Source of the DNA: an uncultured Rivularia sp. | Lineage (GTDB): Bacteria; Cyanobacteriota; Cyanobacteriia; Cyanobacteriales; Nostocaceae | Assembly: GCA_963665115.1 (NCBI GenBank) | Contig: OY762007.1 | Location: 4,288,001 to 4,352,000, forward strand | Length of the DNA: 64,000 bases | Direction: 5' to 3' | Part shown: positions 40,978 to 49,976 of the stretch, in pieces | Numbering within the stretch: the stretch's first letter is position 1 | Layout: each line of letters starts with the position of its first letter | Program-made: the position numbers and the translations under genes | The notes under the pieces: model-generated | The model's input: only the letters and a program-made list of their open reading frames with translations | Databases searched by the model: none | What the model was told of the DNA's origin: nothing

Positions 40978-42834
40978 GTGAATTATAAGACTAATGCACT
41001 TACCAGACGCAACTTTTTACGTTTCACAACCGGAATCGGCATAGCAGTAGGGCTAGATAGTCTTGTACCTGCATATGCCAGACAAGTAGTTGCGAATGAA
41101 ACCGGAAAAGGACGTAATTACCCCGATGTTATCGATCTAAAAGTTCAGGAAACAGCAGTTAAAATCGGAAACAAGCAAGCCAAAGCCCTAACAGTTAACG
41201 GCTCAGTTCCTGGTGCTTTAATCCGTCTGCGTGAAGGACAAAACGTCACCATTAATGTAACCAATGAACTTAAAAAAGATACTTCAATCCACTGGCATGG
41301 TATCCTTCTTCGCCCGAATATGGATGGTGTACCTGGAGTGAGTTTTGCAGGGATTAAACCGGGACAAACCTTCACTTATCGGTTTCCTGTGGCTCAAAAT
41401 GGCACGTACTGGTATCACAGTCACAGCGGATTACAAGAACAACGGGGTCATTATGGTGCGCTTATTATTGACCCGATTGAACCCGAACCTTTCGAGTATG
41501 ACCAAGATTATGTCGTTATGCTCTCCGATTGGACGTTTGATAATCCCCACGATATTCTCGCCAATCTCAAAAAAATGCCCGCTTACTACAATTATCAGCG
41601 ACGAACCATCGCCGACTTGTCCAAAGATTTGGCATGGAGACGTATGCGGATGGACCCAGCAGATATCGCTGATGTTACTGGGGCAACCTACACCTACTTA
41701 ATGAATGGTTTAGTCCCAGACTCAAACTGGACTGGACTTTTTCAAGCTGGTAATAAAGTACGACTTCGGTTTATTAATGGTTCGGCAATGACTTTCTTTG
41801 ATGTTCGCATACCTGGACTCAAAATGACCGTAGTGCAAGCAGACGGTCAAAATGTACAACCAGTAAGCGTCGATGAATTCCGTATTGGCGTTGCAGAAAC
41901 TTATGATGTGATTGTAGAACCTCAAGATGAGCAAGCCTACACGATTTTCGCAGAAACAATGGATCGTAGTGGTTATGCTCGCGGCACATTAGCAGTTCAT
42001 GAGGGACTTAGGGCACCCCTTCCCGAACGTCGCGAACGTCCTTTACGTACTATGGCAGACATGGGGATGGCTCACGATATGTCAGGCATGAATGGTGACT
42101 CCTCCATGAAAGATATGCCAGGAATGAATAATAATTCTTCCATGAACCACGATATGTCTGGTATGAATAGTAATTCCTCCATGAAAGATATGCCAGGAAT
42201 GAATGATAATTCTTCCATGAACCACGATATGTCAGGCATGAATGGTGATGATTCCTCCATGAAAGATATGCCCGGAATGAATCATGATATGTCCAAGAAT
42301 GATGCAGGAGTTCCCCACGGTCCTGACGATCATGGTTTAGGAAATGCAACAGTACCAATGATGGTAAAAAGTCGGTTGCATGAACCTGGTGTTGGTTTAG
42401 AAAATACAGGACATCGCGTTTTAGTTTATACCGATTTACGTAGTTTAAAACCCGGATATGACAAAAGAAAGCCAGAGCGAGAACTAGAACTACATCTTAC
42501 CGGAATTATGGAACGATATATGTGGTCATTTGATGGTAAGAAATATTCCGAAGACAAGGAAATCACTTTTTATAATGGGGAACGACTGCGCCTAATTTTT
42601 GTGAATGACACAATGATGGAACATCCAATTCATCTACACGGAATGTGGATGGAATTAGATAATGGTGCAGGAGAATATAAGCCCCGCAAACATACAATTA
42701 ATGTCAAACCTGCTGAAAGACTACCTGTAGAGATTAATGTAGATGCCCCCGGTAAATGGGCATTTCATTGTCATTTACTTTATCACATGAAAGTAGGGAT
42801 GTTCCGTACAGTAGCTGTTGTTAATCGGGGGTAA
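40978..42834 (+). CDS. copA: CopA-family copper-resistance multicopper oxidase
   Basis: TRRNFL Tat motif, HWHG, WYHSH, HPIHLHG, HCHLLYHM. Confidence 0.92.
   Translation: MNYKTNALTRRNFLRFTTGIGIAVGLDSLVPAYARQVVANETGKGRNYPDVIDLKVQETAVKIGNKQAKALTVNGSVPGALIRLREGQNVTINVTNELKKDTSIHWHGILLRPNMDGVPGVSFAGIKPGQTFTYRFPVAQNGTYWYHSHSGLQEQRGHYGALIIDPIEPEPFEYDQDYVVMLSDWTFDNPHDILANLKKMPAYYNYQRRTIADLSKDLAWRRMRMDPADIADVTGATYTYLMNGLVPDSNWTGLFQAGNKVRLRFINGSAMTFFDVRIPGLKMTVVQADGQNVQPVSVDEFRIGVAETYDVIVEPQDEQAYTIFAETMDRSGYARGTLAVHEGLRAPLPERRERPLRTMADMGMAHDMSGMNGDSSMKDMPGMNNNSSMNHDMSGMNSNSSMKDMPGMNDNSSMNHDMSGMNGDDSSMKDMPGMNHDMSKNDAGVPHGPDDHGLGNATVPMMVKSRLHEPGVGLENTGHRVLVYTDLRSLKPGYDKRKPERELELHLTGIMERYMWSFDGKKYSEDKEITFYNGERLRLIFVNDTMMEHPIHLHGMWMELDNGAGEYKPRKHTINVKPAERLPVEINVDAPGKWAFHCHLLYHMKVGMFRTVAVVNRG
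42073..42292 (+). repeat. 75-bp Met-rich tandem repeats in copA
   Basis: CACGATATGTC at 42073, 42148, 42223 (HDMSGMN..SSMKDMPGMN). Confidence 0.9.
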
Positions 42835-42839
42835 GCTAA

Positions 42840-44042
42840 GTGCAAATTCACAAAACAAATTACCGTTTTACTATTGCCGGATTGCTAGGTCTAATCGGCG
42901 TTTTGGTTTATGCTCCAGAAATACGGGCGGACGAACGGAAACAGTTAAAAACAGAATTCAACATTGAAACTATTGACTTTAATGAGGTAAATACTGACAG
43001 ATCGCAAAAGGAGAAGGAGACAAAATTTAGACAAAGCATTCTTACAGATGAATCCGTTATCCCTACTGTTGAAATTGCCAATCAAGAACAATTGCGATTC
43101 TCACAGAGCCAAAATAACGTTCCTCAAATTATCAACGAAAAAGAATGGCCCGAACCCTTAGATGATAGTCAAAAGTTAAAAACTGAACTTAATATCGAAA
43201 CTATTGACTTTAAGAAGGAAAATACTGGTAAACCGCAAGAGCAGAAGAAGACAAAATTTAGACAAAGCATTCTTACCGATGAATCTATTCTGCCTACTGT
43301 TGAAATTGCCAACCAAAAACAATGGCGATTATCACAGAAGCAAAATAACATTTCTCAAGTCACTAATGAAGAAGACTGGCCCGAACCTGTAGATGATAAT
43401 CAAATATTTTGGTTGCTATTAGTTGATCAATTAGAGTTTCGGGACAATGATGGGGAAGCTACCTTCAACTGGGATGCTCAAGGCTGGATTGGAGGTGACT
43501 ATAAACGACTTTGGATTAAAACTGAAGGAGATATTGGTTTAGAAACTGCTGATGGCGAAGCAGAGCTACAACTCCTTTATGGTAAATTAATCGCTCCTTT
43601 CTGGGATTTACAGGTTGGTTTACGCTATGACCAATTATATAGTTCTGACGGCGGACCGGGACGAGCTTTTGGTGTTATTGGCGTTCAAGGTTTAGCTCCT
43701 TACTTATTTGAAGTAGATGCTGCTCTTTTTGTCAGTCAAGATGGCGATGTTTCTGCACGACTTCAAGCTGAATACCAGTTACTTCTTTCTCAGCGGTTAA
43801 TCTTACAGCCCGAATTCGAGACGAATATTGCTATTCAACAAGTGGAAGATTTTGGTGTTGGTTCGGGGATCAACGATATTGAGTTGGGATTACGATTGCG
43901 TTACGAGATTAGTAGAAAATTTGCTCCCTATGTAGGAGCTTCTTGGACGCGCAAACTTGGCAATACTGCTGACTTAGCACGAGAAGAAGGGGAAAGTGTT
44001 GATAACTTCACTCTTTTAGGTGGTGTGCGACTGTTGTTCTAA
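42840..44042 (+). CDS. copB: CopB-family outer-membrane copper resistance protein
   Basis: WDAQGWIGGD, GLAPYLFE, LRLRYEISRKFAPYVG; follows copA. Confidence 0.88.
   Translation: MQIHKTNYRFTIAGLLGLIGVLVYAPEIRADERKQLKTEFNIETIDFNEVNTDRSQKEKETKFRQSILTDESVIPTVEIANQEQLRFSQSQNNVPQIINEKEWPEPLDDSQKLKTELNIETIDFKKENTGKPQEQKKTKFRQSILTDESILPTVEIANQKQWRLSQKQNNISQVTNEEDWPEPVDDNQIFWLLLVDQLEFRDNDGEATFNWDAQGWIGGDYKRLWIKTEGDIGLETADGEAELQLLYGKLIAPFWDLQVGLRYDQLYSSDGGPGRAFGVIGVQGLAPYLFEVDAALFVSQDGDVSARLQAEYQLLLSQRLILQPEFETNIAIQQVEDFGVGSGINDIELGLRLRYEISRKFAPYVGASWTRKLGNTADLAREEGESVDNFTLLGGVRLLF
42942..43403 (+). repeat. 231-bp (77-aa) tandem duplication in CopB N-terminus
   Basis: LKTE.NIETIDF...KFRQSILTDES..PTVEIANQ...WPEP.DD.Q occurs twice. 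Confidence 0.9.
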
Positions 44043-44067
44043 CTATTGAAAACAGGCTTTACATGAC

Positions 44068-44088
44068 TGGCACGGTTGTACCGTGCCA
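44068..44088 (+). terminator. Hairpin after copB
   Basis: TGGCACGG-TTGTA-CCGTGCCA. Confidence 0.55.
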
Positions 44089-44207
44089 TTAATGATCGGA
44101 TTATATTGCAAATGGGTCTAATCTCAGTAACGTAATAACAAACTTTAAATTTTGTCTCAACAGCCAGTCCAGAAGCTAGGGCTAGAACCATAAAGGAAAA
44201 CACAATT

Positions 44208-44655
44208 ATGAATAATATGGAAACCGAATACAAATCTGGAAGCTTATCCCTATTCGGTGCGATCGCTATGGGTACAGGAGTTATGATTGGTGCAGGCATT
44301 TTTGCACTAACAGGGCAAGTGGCAGAATTAGCAGGAGCCTTGTTCCCCTTAGCTTTCTTAGCTGCGGCAATCATTAGCGGATCTGACACGAATTGCATCA
44401 TTAGGAGCTATTTTCTACCTATTTACGGATATTGCTATACATTGGGGTGTCTTTCGCAACCTAAAAGAAGATATTAATGCCAATGGTGCTATCGTTTTTA
44501 CTGCTGCTGTTCTTGACATAATCGTTCTTGGCGCTATCCTCATTCTGAAAGGAACTTCTGACCCTATGCTGCTATTGATCGCAGGCTTAGGGTTGCTCCT
44601 GACCTTTTTGGGTGAGCGGTTCTTTCTTAAATATCATCAAATGGCTCAGGAATAA
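44208..44655 (+). pseudogene. APC-family amino acid permease collapsed by internal deletion
   Basis: N-terminus GTGVMIGAGIFALTG joined out of frame at about 44380 to C-terminus DLTRIASLGAIFYL...HWGV...ERFFLK. Confidence 0.75.
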
Positions 44656-44683
44656 CACTACATCTTGTCTATAGTTCTACCTG

Positions 44684-44723
44684 AGTATAAACTTTATATC
44701 TAAATATCTAACTATAAGGTCAA
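44684..44723 (-). promoter_or_regulatory. MerR-type promoter disrupted by 8-bp tandem duplication
   Basis: TTGACC-TTATAG(TTAGATAT)x2AAAGTT-TATACT; spacer 28 bp, 20 bp without the duplication. Confidence 0.55.
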
Positions 44724-44805
44724 GAAATAGAAAACAGATATTAGTATCATAACAATTAGTAACTGGCATAAATAATACAAAAAGTATTTTCAAAGAATTT
44801 AAAGA

Positions 44806-44839
44806 ATTTCATTCTAATTTCATTCATGAATGAAAAAAT
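44806..44839 (+). promoter_or_regulatory. CopR-like box plus -10
   Basis: ATTTCATTCTAATTTCAT-N10-AAAAAT. Confidence 0.7.
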
Positions 44840-44888
44840 GAAATTAGTGAAGAGAAAGTATTCCCAAGATACTTTTCACAAAAGTAAG

Positions 44889-44920
44889 TTGACTCTATAG
44901 TCAGCTAGAAATTTTAAACT
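44889..44920 (+). promoter_or_regulatory. MerR-type promoter/operator (20-bp spacer)
   Basis: TTGACT-CTATAGTCAGCTAGAAATTT-TAAACT. Confidence 0.7.
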
Positions 44921-44954
44921 GACCCCTAGATACTTCAAAAAAGGAACCAATAAA

Positions 44955-45326
44955 ATGAATTTACGTAATAAAACTCTTGCCCGTATAGCTTTTGCAGGTT
45001 TAGCGTTAATTGGATTGAGTGCAGCACCGTCCCAAGCTCAAACAACTGGGGGAAAACCAACAAACCAACAGCAAATGCATCAGAACCATCAAATGATGAA
45101 AAAGATGACTCCCGAACAAATGCGTCAACACCAACAACAAATGATGAAAAAGATGACTCCAGAACAAATGCAGCAAATGATGAAAAAGATGACTCCGGAA
45201 CAAATACGTCAGCATCACCAACAAATGATGGGAAATATGAAACAAATGAATCAGATGATGGAACAGATGAACCAACGCATGGGAGAAGGTGGTGAGATGA
45301 AAGGAAGCTCTAATCAACAAAAATAA
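44955..45326 (+). CDS. Secreted Met/Gln/His-rich repeat protein
   Basis: Signal peptide ending SQA; three QMMKKMTPEQ repeats. Confidence 0.8.
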   Translation: MNLRNKTLARIAFAGLALIGLSAAPSQAQTTGGKPTNQQQMHQNHQMMKKMTPEQMRQHQQQMMKKMTPEQMQQMMKKMTPEQIRQHHQQMMGNMKQMNQMMEQMNQRMGEGGEMKGSSNQQK

Positions 45327-45366
45327 TTGCAAATGAATCACAAAATGTAGAGAATGGGAAGTTTAT

Positions 45367-45849
45367 ATGGAAAATACAAAAAAAATTAACGACGATATCA
45401 CAGTAACCGGACAAGTAACACCAGAACAGTTACAGCAAGCAGCCAAGTCAGGTTTAAAGTCTGTATTAAATTTACGCGCACCTGACGAAAAAGGTTTTAT
45501 GAAAGATGAACAACAACAAGCTGAAGCAGCTGGTTTAAATTACACTAATATTCCTCTCAAAGTAGAAACAATCGATGATAAGCTTATCGACGAAATACTA
45601 GAACAAATAGACCAACTACCCAAACCCGCACTCATTCATTGTGCCAGTGGAATGCGAGCCGGAGCAATGGCATTGATGAATTTAGCCATAGATAAAGGAA
45701 TGACACCAAAAGAAGCTTTTGAAACTGCCGAGAAGCTAGGTTTTGATTGCAGTAGCTCACCCAAATTGAAACAAGTATTTGAGGAATACGTTGCCAAACA
45801 TTCACCACCTACTTATGGTGATTCTGACATTAAATGCATTCCGAAGTGA
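45367..45849 (+). CDS. DUF442/phosphatase-like sulfur-transferase domain protein
   Basis: VLNLRAPDE, PALIHCASGMRA. Confidence 0.8.
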   Translation: MENTKKINDDITVTGQVTPEQLQQAAKSGLKSVLNLRAPDEKGFMKDEQQQAEAAGLNYTNIPLKVETIDDKLIDEILEQIDQLPKPALIHCASGMRAGAMALMNLAIDKGMTPKEAFETAEKLGFDCSSSPKLKQVFEEYVAKHSPPTYGDSDIKCIPK

Positions 45850-46240
45850 AGAAATTTTAATTCAAACAAGGTATTCCTTTGGAGATAACATTAAAAATAA
45901 TCCAATGGAGTACCAATATTTTTTTCTGCATAAAAATGCGGAGCAAAAACAATGCTTAAACGCTTATCTAGTGGATGAAAAGAGTAACGGGATTTACGTA
46001 GGTTCTGGTAGAATACATATTTCTAATTAAATAGAAATTGCTTAGAATATATGTTCTTTACGTAGTGATTATGGGTCTTTATGACTATCAAAAATTTGAG
46101 TTTTACAATACAAATGAATGTCTTTTATTTGGGAAAAAATATCGTGCGATGTTTTAAATATTAATTTATTTGAACATAAACAACATCCCGAAGATGATGA
46201 AATCGCTGTATTCCCTATAAAACCGTAAGAGCATACAAAT

Positions 46241-46258
46241 ATGAAATCAGGATGAAAT
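46241..46258 (-). promoter_or_regulatory. CopR-like box without matching -10
   Basis: ATGAAATCAGGATGAAAT, identical to 40568-40585. Confidence 0.6.
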
Positions 46259-46369
46259 GGCTGTCTTCCTTCTGATATACATTTTATTTAACTCTAATGA
46301 TAGACGCAGAAGAAAGGAACAATTACCTATCAATAGGTAAGCGTCCATATTGAAACAGGAAATAAATTT

Positions 46370-46708
46370 ATGCTTTTAGTTCACGAAGAATACCAGTCTA
46401 GCTTTGATGTGGCAATGCGTTGTGTCGTGGAATGCGAACACTGTGCTGAAGCTTGCATGGGTATGTCAGAGATGGTGCAATGCGCTCGTAGCTGTCTAGA
46501 TTGTGCAGAAATCTGTCGTACTGCTGCAACGTACATGGTAAGAGGTTCGCGCTACATTTCTCACTTAGCCCGTGCTTGTGCAGAGATTTGTGAAGCCTGT
46601 GCCACTGAATGCGAAAAGCATGATGCAGAACACTGTAAAAAGTGTGCAAAAGCTTGTCGTGACAGTGTGGAAGAATATAAGAAAATTGCCGCTGTCGCAG
46701 CTCGATAA
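46370..46708 (+). CDS. Cys-rich four-helix-bundle copper storage protein (Csp3/DUF326-like)
   Basis: 15 Cys in CxxxCxxCxxxC arrays, no signal peptide. Confidence 0.85.
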   Translation: MLLVHEEYQSSFDVAMRCVVECEHCAEACMGMSEMVQCARSCLDCAEICRTAATYMVRGSRYISHLARACAEICEACATECEKHDAEHCKKCAKACRDSVEEYKKIAAVAAR

Positions 46709-46827
46709 ATTTGATTCAGTTTAACTGTAAGGCTTTTCAGTTATCAGTTACTAGTTAAATAAATAGTAACTGTTAGCTCTTCATTACTAACTGATAACTG
46801 ATTTAATTTAACAAGGAAAAATCTAAA

Positions 46828-47280
46828 ATGGAATCCAAGTCTAAAAACAATTCTTACATTAGCCTATTGATTGCACTGATAATTTCTTATGTCGTAATGC
46901 TAGTCCTGATGCTTTCACGAGTTAACGAGTTTGGTAATTTCTTTATCAGCCTCAACCAAGTGTATATGTCAGGACTCATGGTATCGACAATGCTGCTGAT
47001 CATGCTGTTCGCAATGGGTTCCATGTACAAGAACAAGAAATTAAACATTGCACTTCTCATCGGTGGAACAGCATCAATATTATTGTTCTGGACTCTTGTG
47101 CGAACCCAAGCAGCAGTAGGAAATCAACAATTTTTGCGCTCAATGATTCCACATCACGCTGCTGCTATTTTGGTATGTCAACAAGCATCGCTGACAGATG
47201 CGCGTATTCAGGAGCTATGCACGGAGATTGTCCAGACGCAGAAAGAGGAAATAAGAATCATGAAAGAACTTATGAAATAG
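46828..47280 (+). CDS. Membrane-anchored DUF305 protein
   Basis: FLRSMIPHH..AI..C, IVQTQKEEIRIM. Confidence 0.8.
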   Translation: MESKSKNNSYISLLIALIISYVVMLVLMLSRVNEFGNFFISLNQVYMSGLMVSTMLLIMLFAMGSMYKNKKLNIALLIGGTASILLFWTLVRTQAAVGNQQFLRSMIPHHAAAILVCQQASLTDARIQELCTEIVQTQKEEIRIMKELMK

Positions 47281-47386
47281 TCCGAATATTATTAAGTAAT
47301 TAAAATATTTCTCTTTGTTCTTTTTTTTAAGAAATTCAGTATATTCATTATTTTTGTAGTCATGTTCGAGGTAAAAATATAAGCTA

Positions 47387-49453
47387 ATGGCAAAGCAACA
47401 TCACTCAAGAAATAATCACGCAGTTCGAGAACGTGAAGAACGTCAGAATCATAGCGAACAAGCCGGACATCTCGAACATGGGGGACACGCAGGACACGGT
47501 AAACACGCCGGACACAGCCCGGAAATATTCAAGCGTCGCTTCTTTATTTGCTTAGTTCTTACCCTACCAATTCTCTATTTTTCTACTCAATTACAAACCT
47601 GGTTAAACTATCAAGCAATTACTTTTCCTGGTTCCGAATGGATTAACCCGATTTTAGGAATTATTATCTACTTTTATGGTGGTTGGGTATTTTTAAAAGG
47701 TGCTTGGAACGAACTGCATAGCAAAATCGGAATGATGACTCTGATTGCGCTAGCGATTACGGTAGCCTTTGTTTACAGTCTTGCGGTTTCTTTCGGTTTG
47801 CAGGGAAAGCCTTTCTACTGGGAATTGGCAACCTTAGTAGATATTATGCTGTTGGGACATTGGGTAGAAATGGCTTCGGTACAGGGTGCTAGCCGTGCGT
47901 TAGAAAATCTCGCTCAATTGGTACCTTCAACGGCGCATCGTTTAATAAATGGTAGAGTCGAAGATGTTCGGGTAAGCGAAATTCGAGCCGAAGATGTTAT
48001 CTTGATTCGTCCTGGGGAACAGGTTCCCAATGATGGAATTGTGATAGAGGGAAACACTAATATAAATGAATCTTTTTTAACAGGTGAATCTCGTCCAGTT
48101 TCTAAACATGAAGGTGATGAAGTAGTTGCTGGTTCTGTAAACGGTGAGGGTTCGGTAAAAGTCGAAGTTTCTCGTATCGGAGGAGACACCACAATCAGTC
48201 AGATTATGCGCTTGGTAGAAGAAGCACAAGGCTCTAGAAGTCGATATCAGGCTTTAGCGGATAAAACTGCTTATTGGTTAACTATAGTTGCAATTACTGT
48301 TGGTAGCATCACTTTCTTTGTCTGGTTGGGTTTGAGTGATTTGGTATTCGCGGTAAATCGCACGGTAACTGTGTTAGTAATTACCTGTCCTCACGCGCTT
48401 GGTTTAGCTATTCCTTTGGTAATTGCCAATTCTACAGCTTTAGCGGCAAAAAACGGAATTTTGGTCAGAAATCGCGATTCTCTCGAACGTGCGAAAGATA
48501 TTAAAAATATGGCGTTTGATAAAACTGGAACACTAACAGAAGGTAAATTTGGCGTGCAGAGAATGTATACAGAAGGTTTGGACGATAACGAAGCCCTTGC
48601 GATCGCAGCCGCTTTAGAAACTTCCTCGGAACATCCTTTAGCTAAAGCAGTTGTCCAAGCTGCCGAACGTCGCGAACTAGATTTACCTCAAATGACCAAT
48701 TTTAATACTGTAACTGGTCATGGTGTTGAAGGTAAAGTTAACGGTAAAAAGTATCGCATCGGACGACCTGAATGGGTGGAAGAAGACAATCTTACCTTTC
48801 CTTCGTCTTTACGTCAGGGACTGCAAATAGTCAATGAACGCGGAGAAAGTCCGGTAGTATTGATGACCGAGGAAAGCGCCGTAGCTGTGATTTCAATGGC
48901 AGACCAAGTAAGAGAACGAGCGCGAGAAACAGTTAATCAACTGCAAGCAAAAGGCATTCAAGTAGTAATGATTACTGGCGATGCAGAAGCTGTGGCTCGG
49001 ACGGTTGCTGAAGATTTGGGTATCGAACGCTACTATGCCCGCGTATTGCCTGAAGATAAGGTTAGCATTATCAAACAGTTAAAGCAGGAAGGTCCGACTG
49101 CTTTTGTAGGTGATGGAATTAACGATGCAGCAGCGTTATTAGAAGCTAATATTGGAATTGCCATTGGTGCGGGTACTAACGTTGCGATTGAGTCGGCTGA
49201 TTTGGTTTTGATTGAAGATGACCCTTTAGACGCTGTGAAAGCGCTGAATTTGGCACAGAAAACCTACAGCAAGATGATTCAAAACCTTTTTTGGGCAACA
49301 GGTTACAACGTAATTGCGATTCCTTTAGCAGCTGGTGTACTGTATGCTTGGGGATTTCTGCTTTCTCCGGCGATTGGTGCATTATTGATGAGTTTATCGA
49401 CGGTGATTGTAGCAATTAATGCTGTGATGTTGCGACGGGCAAAGTTGGCTTAA
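47387..49453 (+). CDS. P1B-3 copper P-type ATPase (His-rich N-terminus)
   Basis: His-rich N-terminus, CPH, DKTGT, GYN, MSLST. Confidence 0.9.
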   Translation: MAKQHHSRNNHAVREREERQNHSEQAGHLEHGGHAGHGKHAGHSPEIFKRRFFICLVLTLPILYFSTQLQTWLNYQAITFPGSEWINPILGIIIYFYGGWVFLKGAWNELHSKIGMMTLIALAITVAFVYSLAVSFGLQGKPFYWELATLVDIMLLGHWVEMASVQGASRALENLAQLVPSTAHRLINGRVEDVRVSEIRAEDVILIRPGEQVPNDGIVIEGNTNINESFLTGESRPVSKHEGDEVVAGSVNGEGSVKVEVSRIGGDTTISQIMRLVEEAQGSRSRYQALADKTAYWLTIVAITVGSITFFVWLGLSDLVFAVNRTVTVLVITCPHALGLAIPLVIANSTALAAKNGILVRNRDSLERAKDIKNMAFDKTGTLTEGKFGVQRMYTEGLDDNEALAIAAALETSSEHPLAKAVVQAAERRELDLPQMTNFNTVTGHGVEGKVNGKKYRIGRPEWVEEDNLTFPSSLRQGLQIVNERGESPVVLMTEESAVAVISMADQVRERARETVNQLQAKGIQVVMITGDAEAVARTVAEDLGIERYYARVLPEDKVSIIKQLKQEGPTAFVGDGINDAAALLEANIGIAIGAGTNVAIESADLVLIEDDPLDAVKALNLAQKTYSKMIQNLFWATGYNVIAIPLAAGVLYAWGFLLSPAIGALLMSLSTVIVAINAVMLRRAKLA

Positions 49454-49632
49454 GAAATTTTGGATTTTAGATTTAATTGCAACCAGCTACTTACCTCTGT
49501 TTAATTCTTTCCTCAGCGTCCACTTTGCGAGAAGCTGCATTTCCTGCATAAAAGCGTCTCTATGGTTTTATAATCGGTAATCTTAGGCATGAAAAGTGAT
49601 TTCAATCATTATTCTTGCTAAGGGGAATTGGG

Positions 49633-49971
49633 ATGAATGCCTATGATAATTTCAATCAACTGAGATTGAGCGAGACTGTTTCACCAAAAACTTCTTTAGT
49701 TGAAGCGCCAAAAAATGATAAAAATCCCAGTAATAACGATACGATAGCTGGCATGGGGTTTTTATTATTTTTAACTTTGATGATAGCTCTAATAAAGTGG
49801 TGCGATATTCGCAAGGCATCACAAGAAGATTTTTCTAAGATTCCTATTAATCATAAAACTCCTTGTTCAAAATGCCGCTACTTTAACAATAATTCCTATA
49901 TTAAGTGCGCGGTACAACCAGAAAAAGTGATGACCAAAGAAGCAAAGGATTGTCAGGATTATTGTCCTTAA
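49633..49971 (+). CDS. Single-TM protein with Cys cluster
   Basis: PCSKCRYF...KCAVQP...CQDY. Confidence 0.65.
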   Translation: MNAYDNFNQLRLSETVSPKTSLVEAPKNDKNPSNNDTIAGMGFLLFLTLMIALIKWCDIRKASQEDFSKIPINHKTPCSKCRYFNNNSYIKCAVQPEKVMTKEAKDCQDYCP

Positions 49972-49976
49972 AATAA

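Noticed and set aside
46738..46801. CAGTTAT/ATAACTG heptamer inverted repeats
   Set aside because: Ordinary Nostocales STRR-type intergenic repeat
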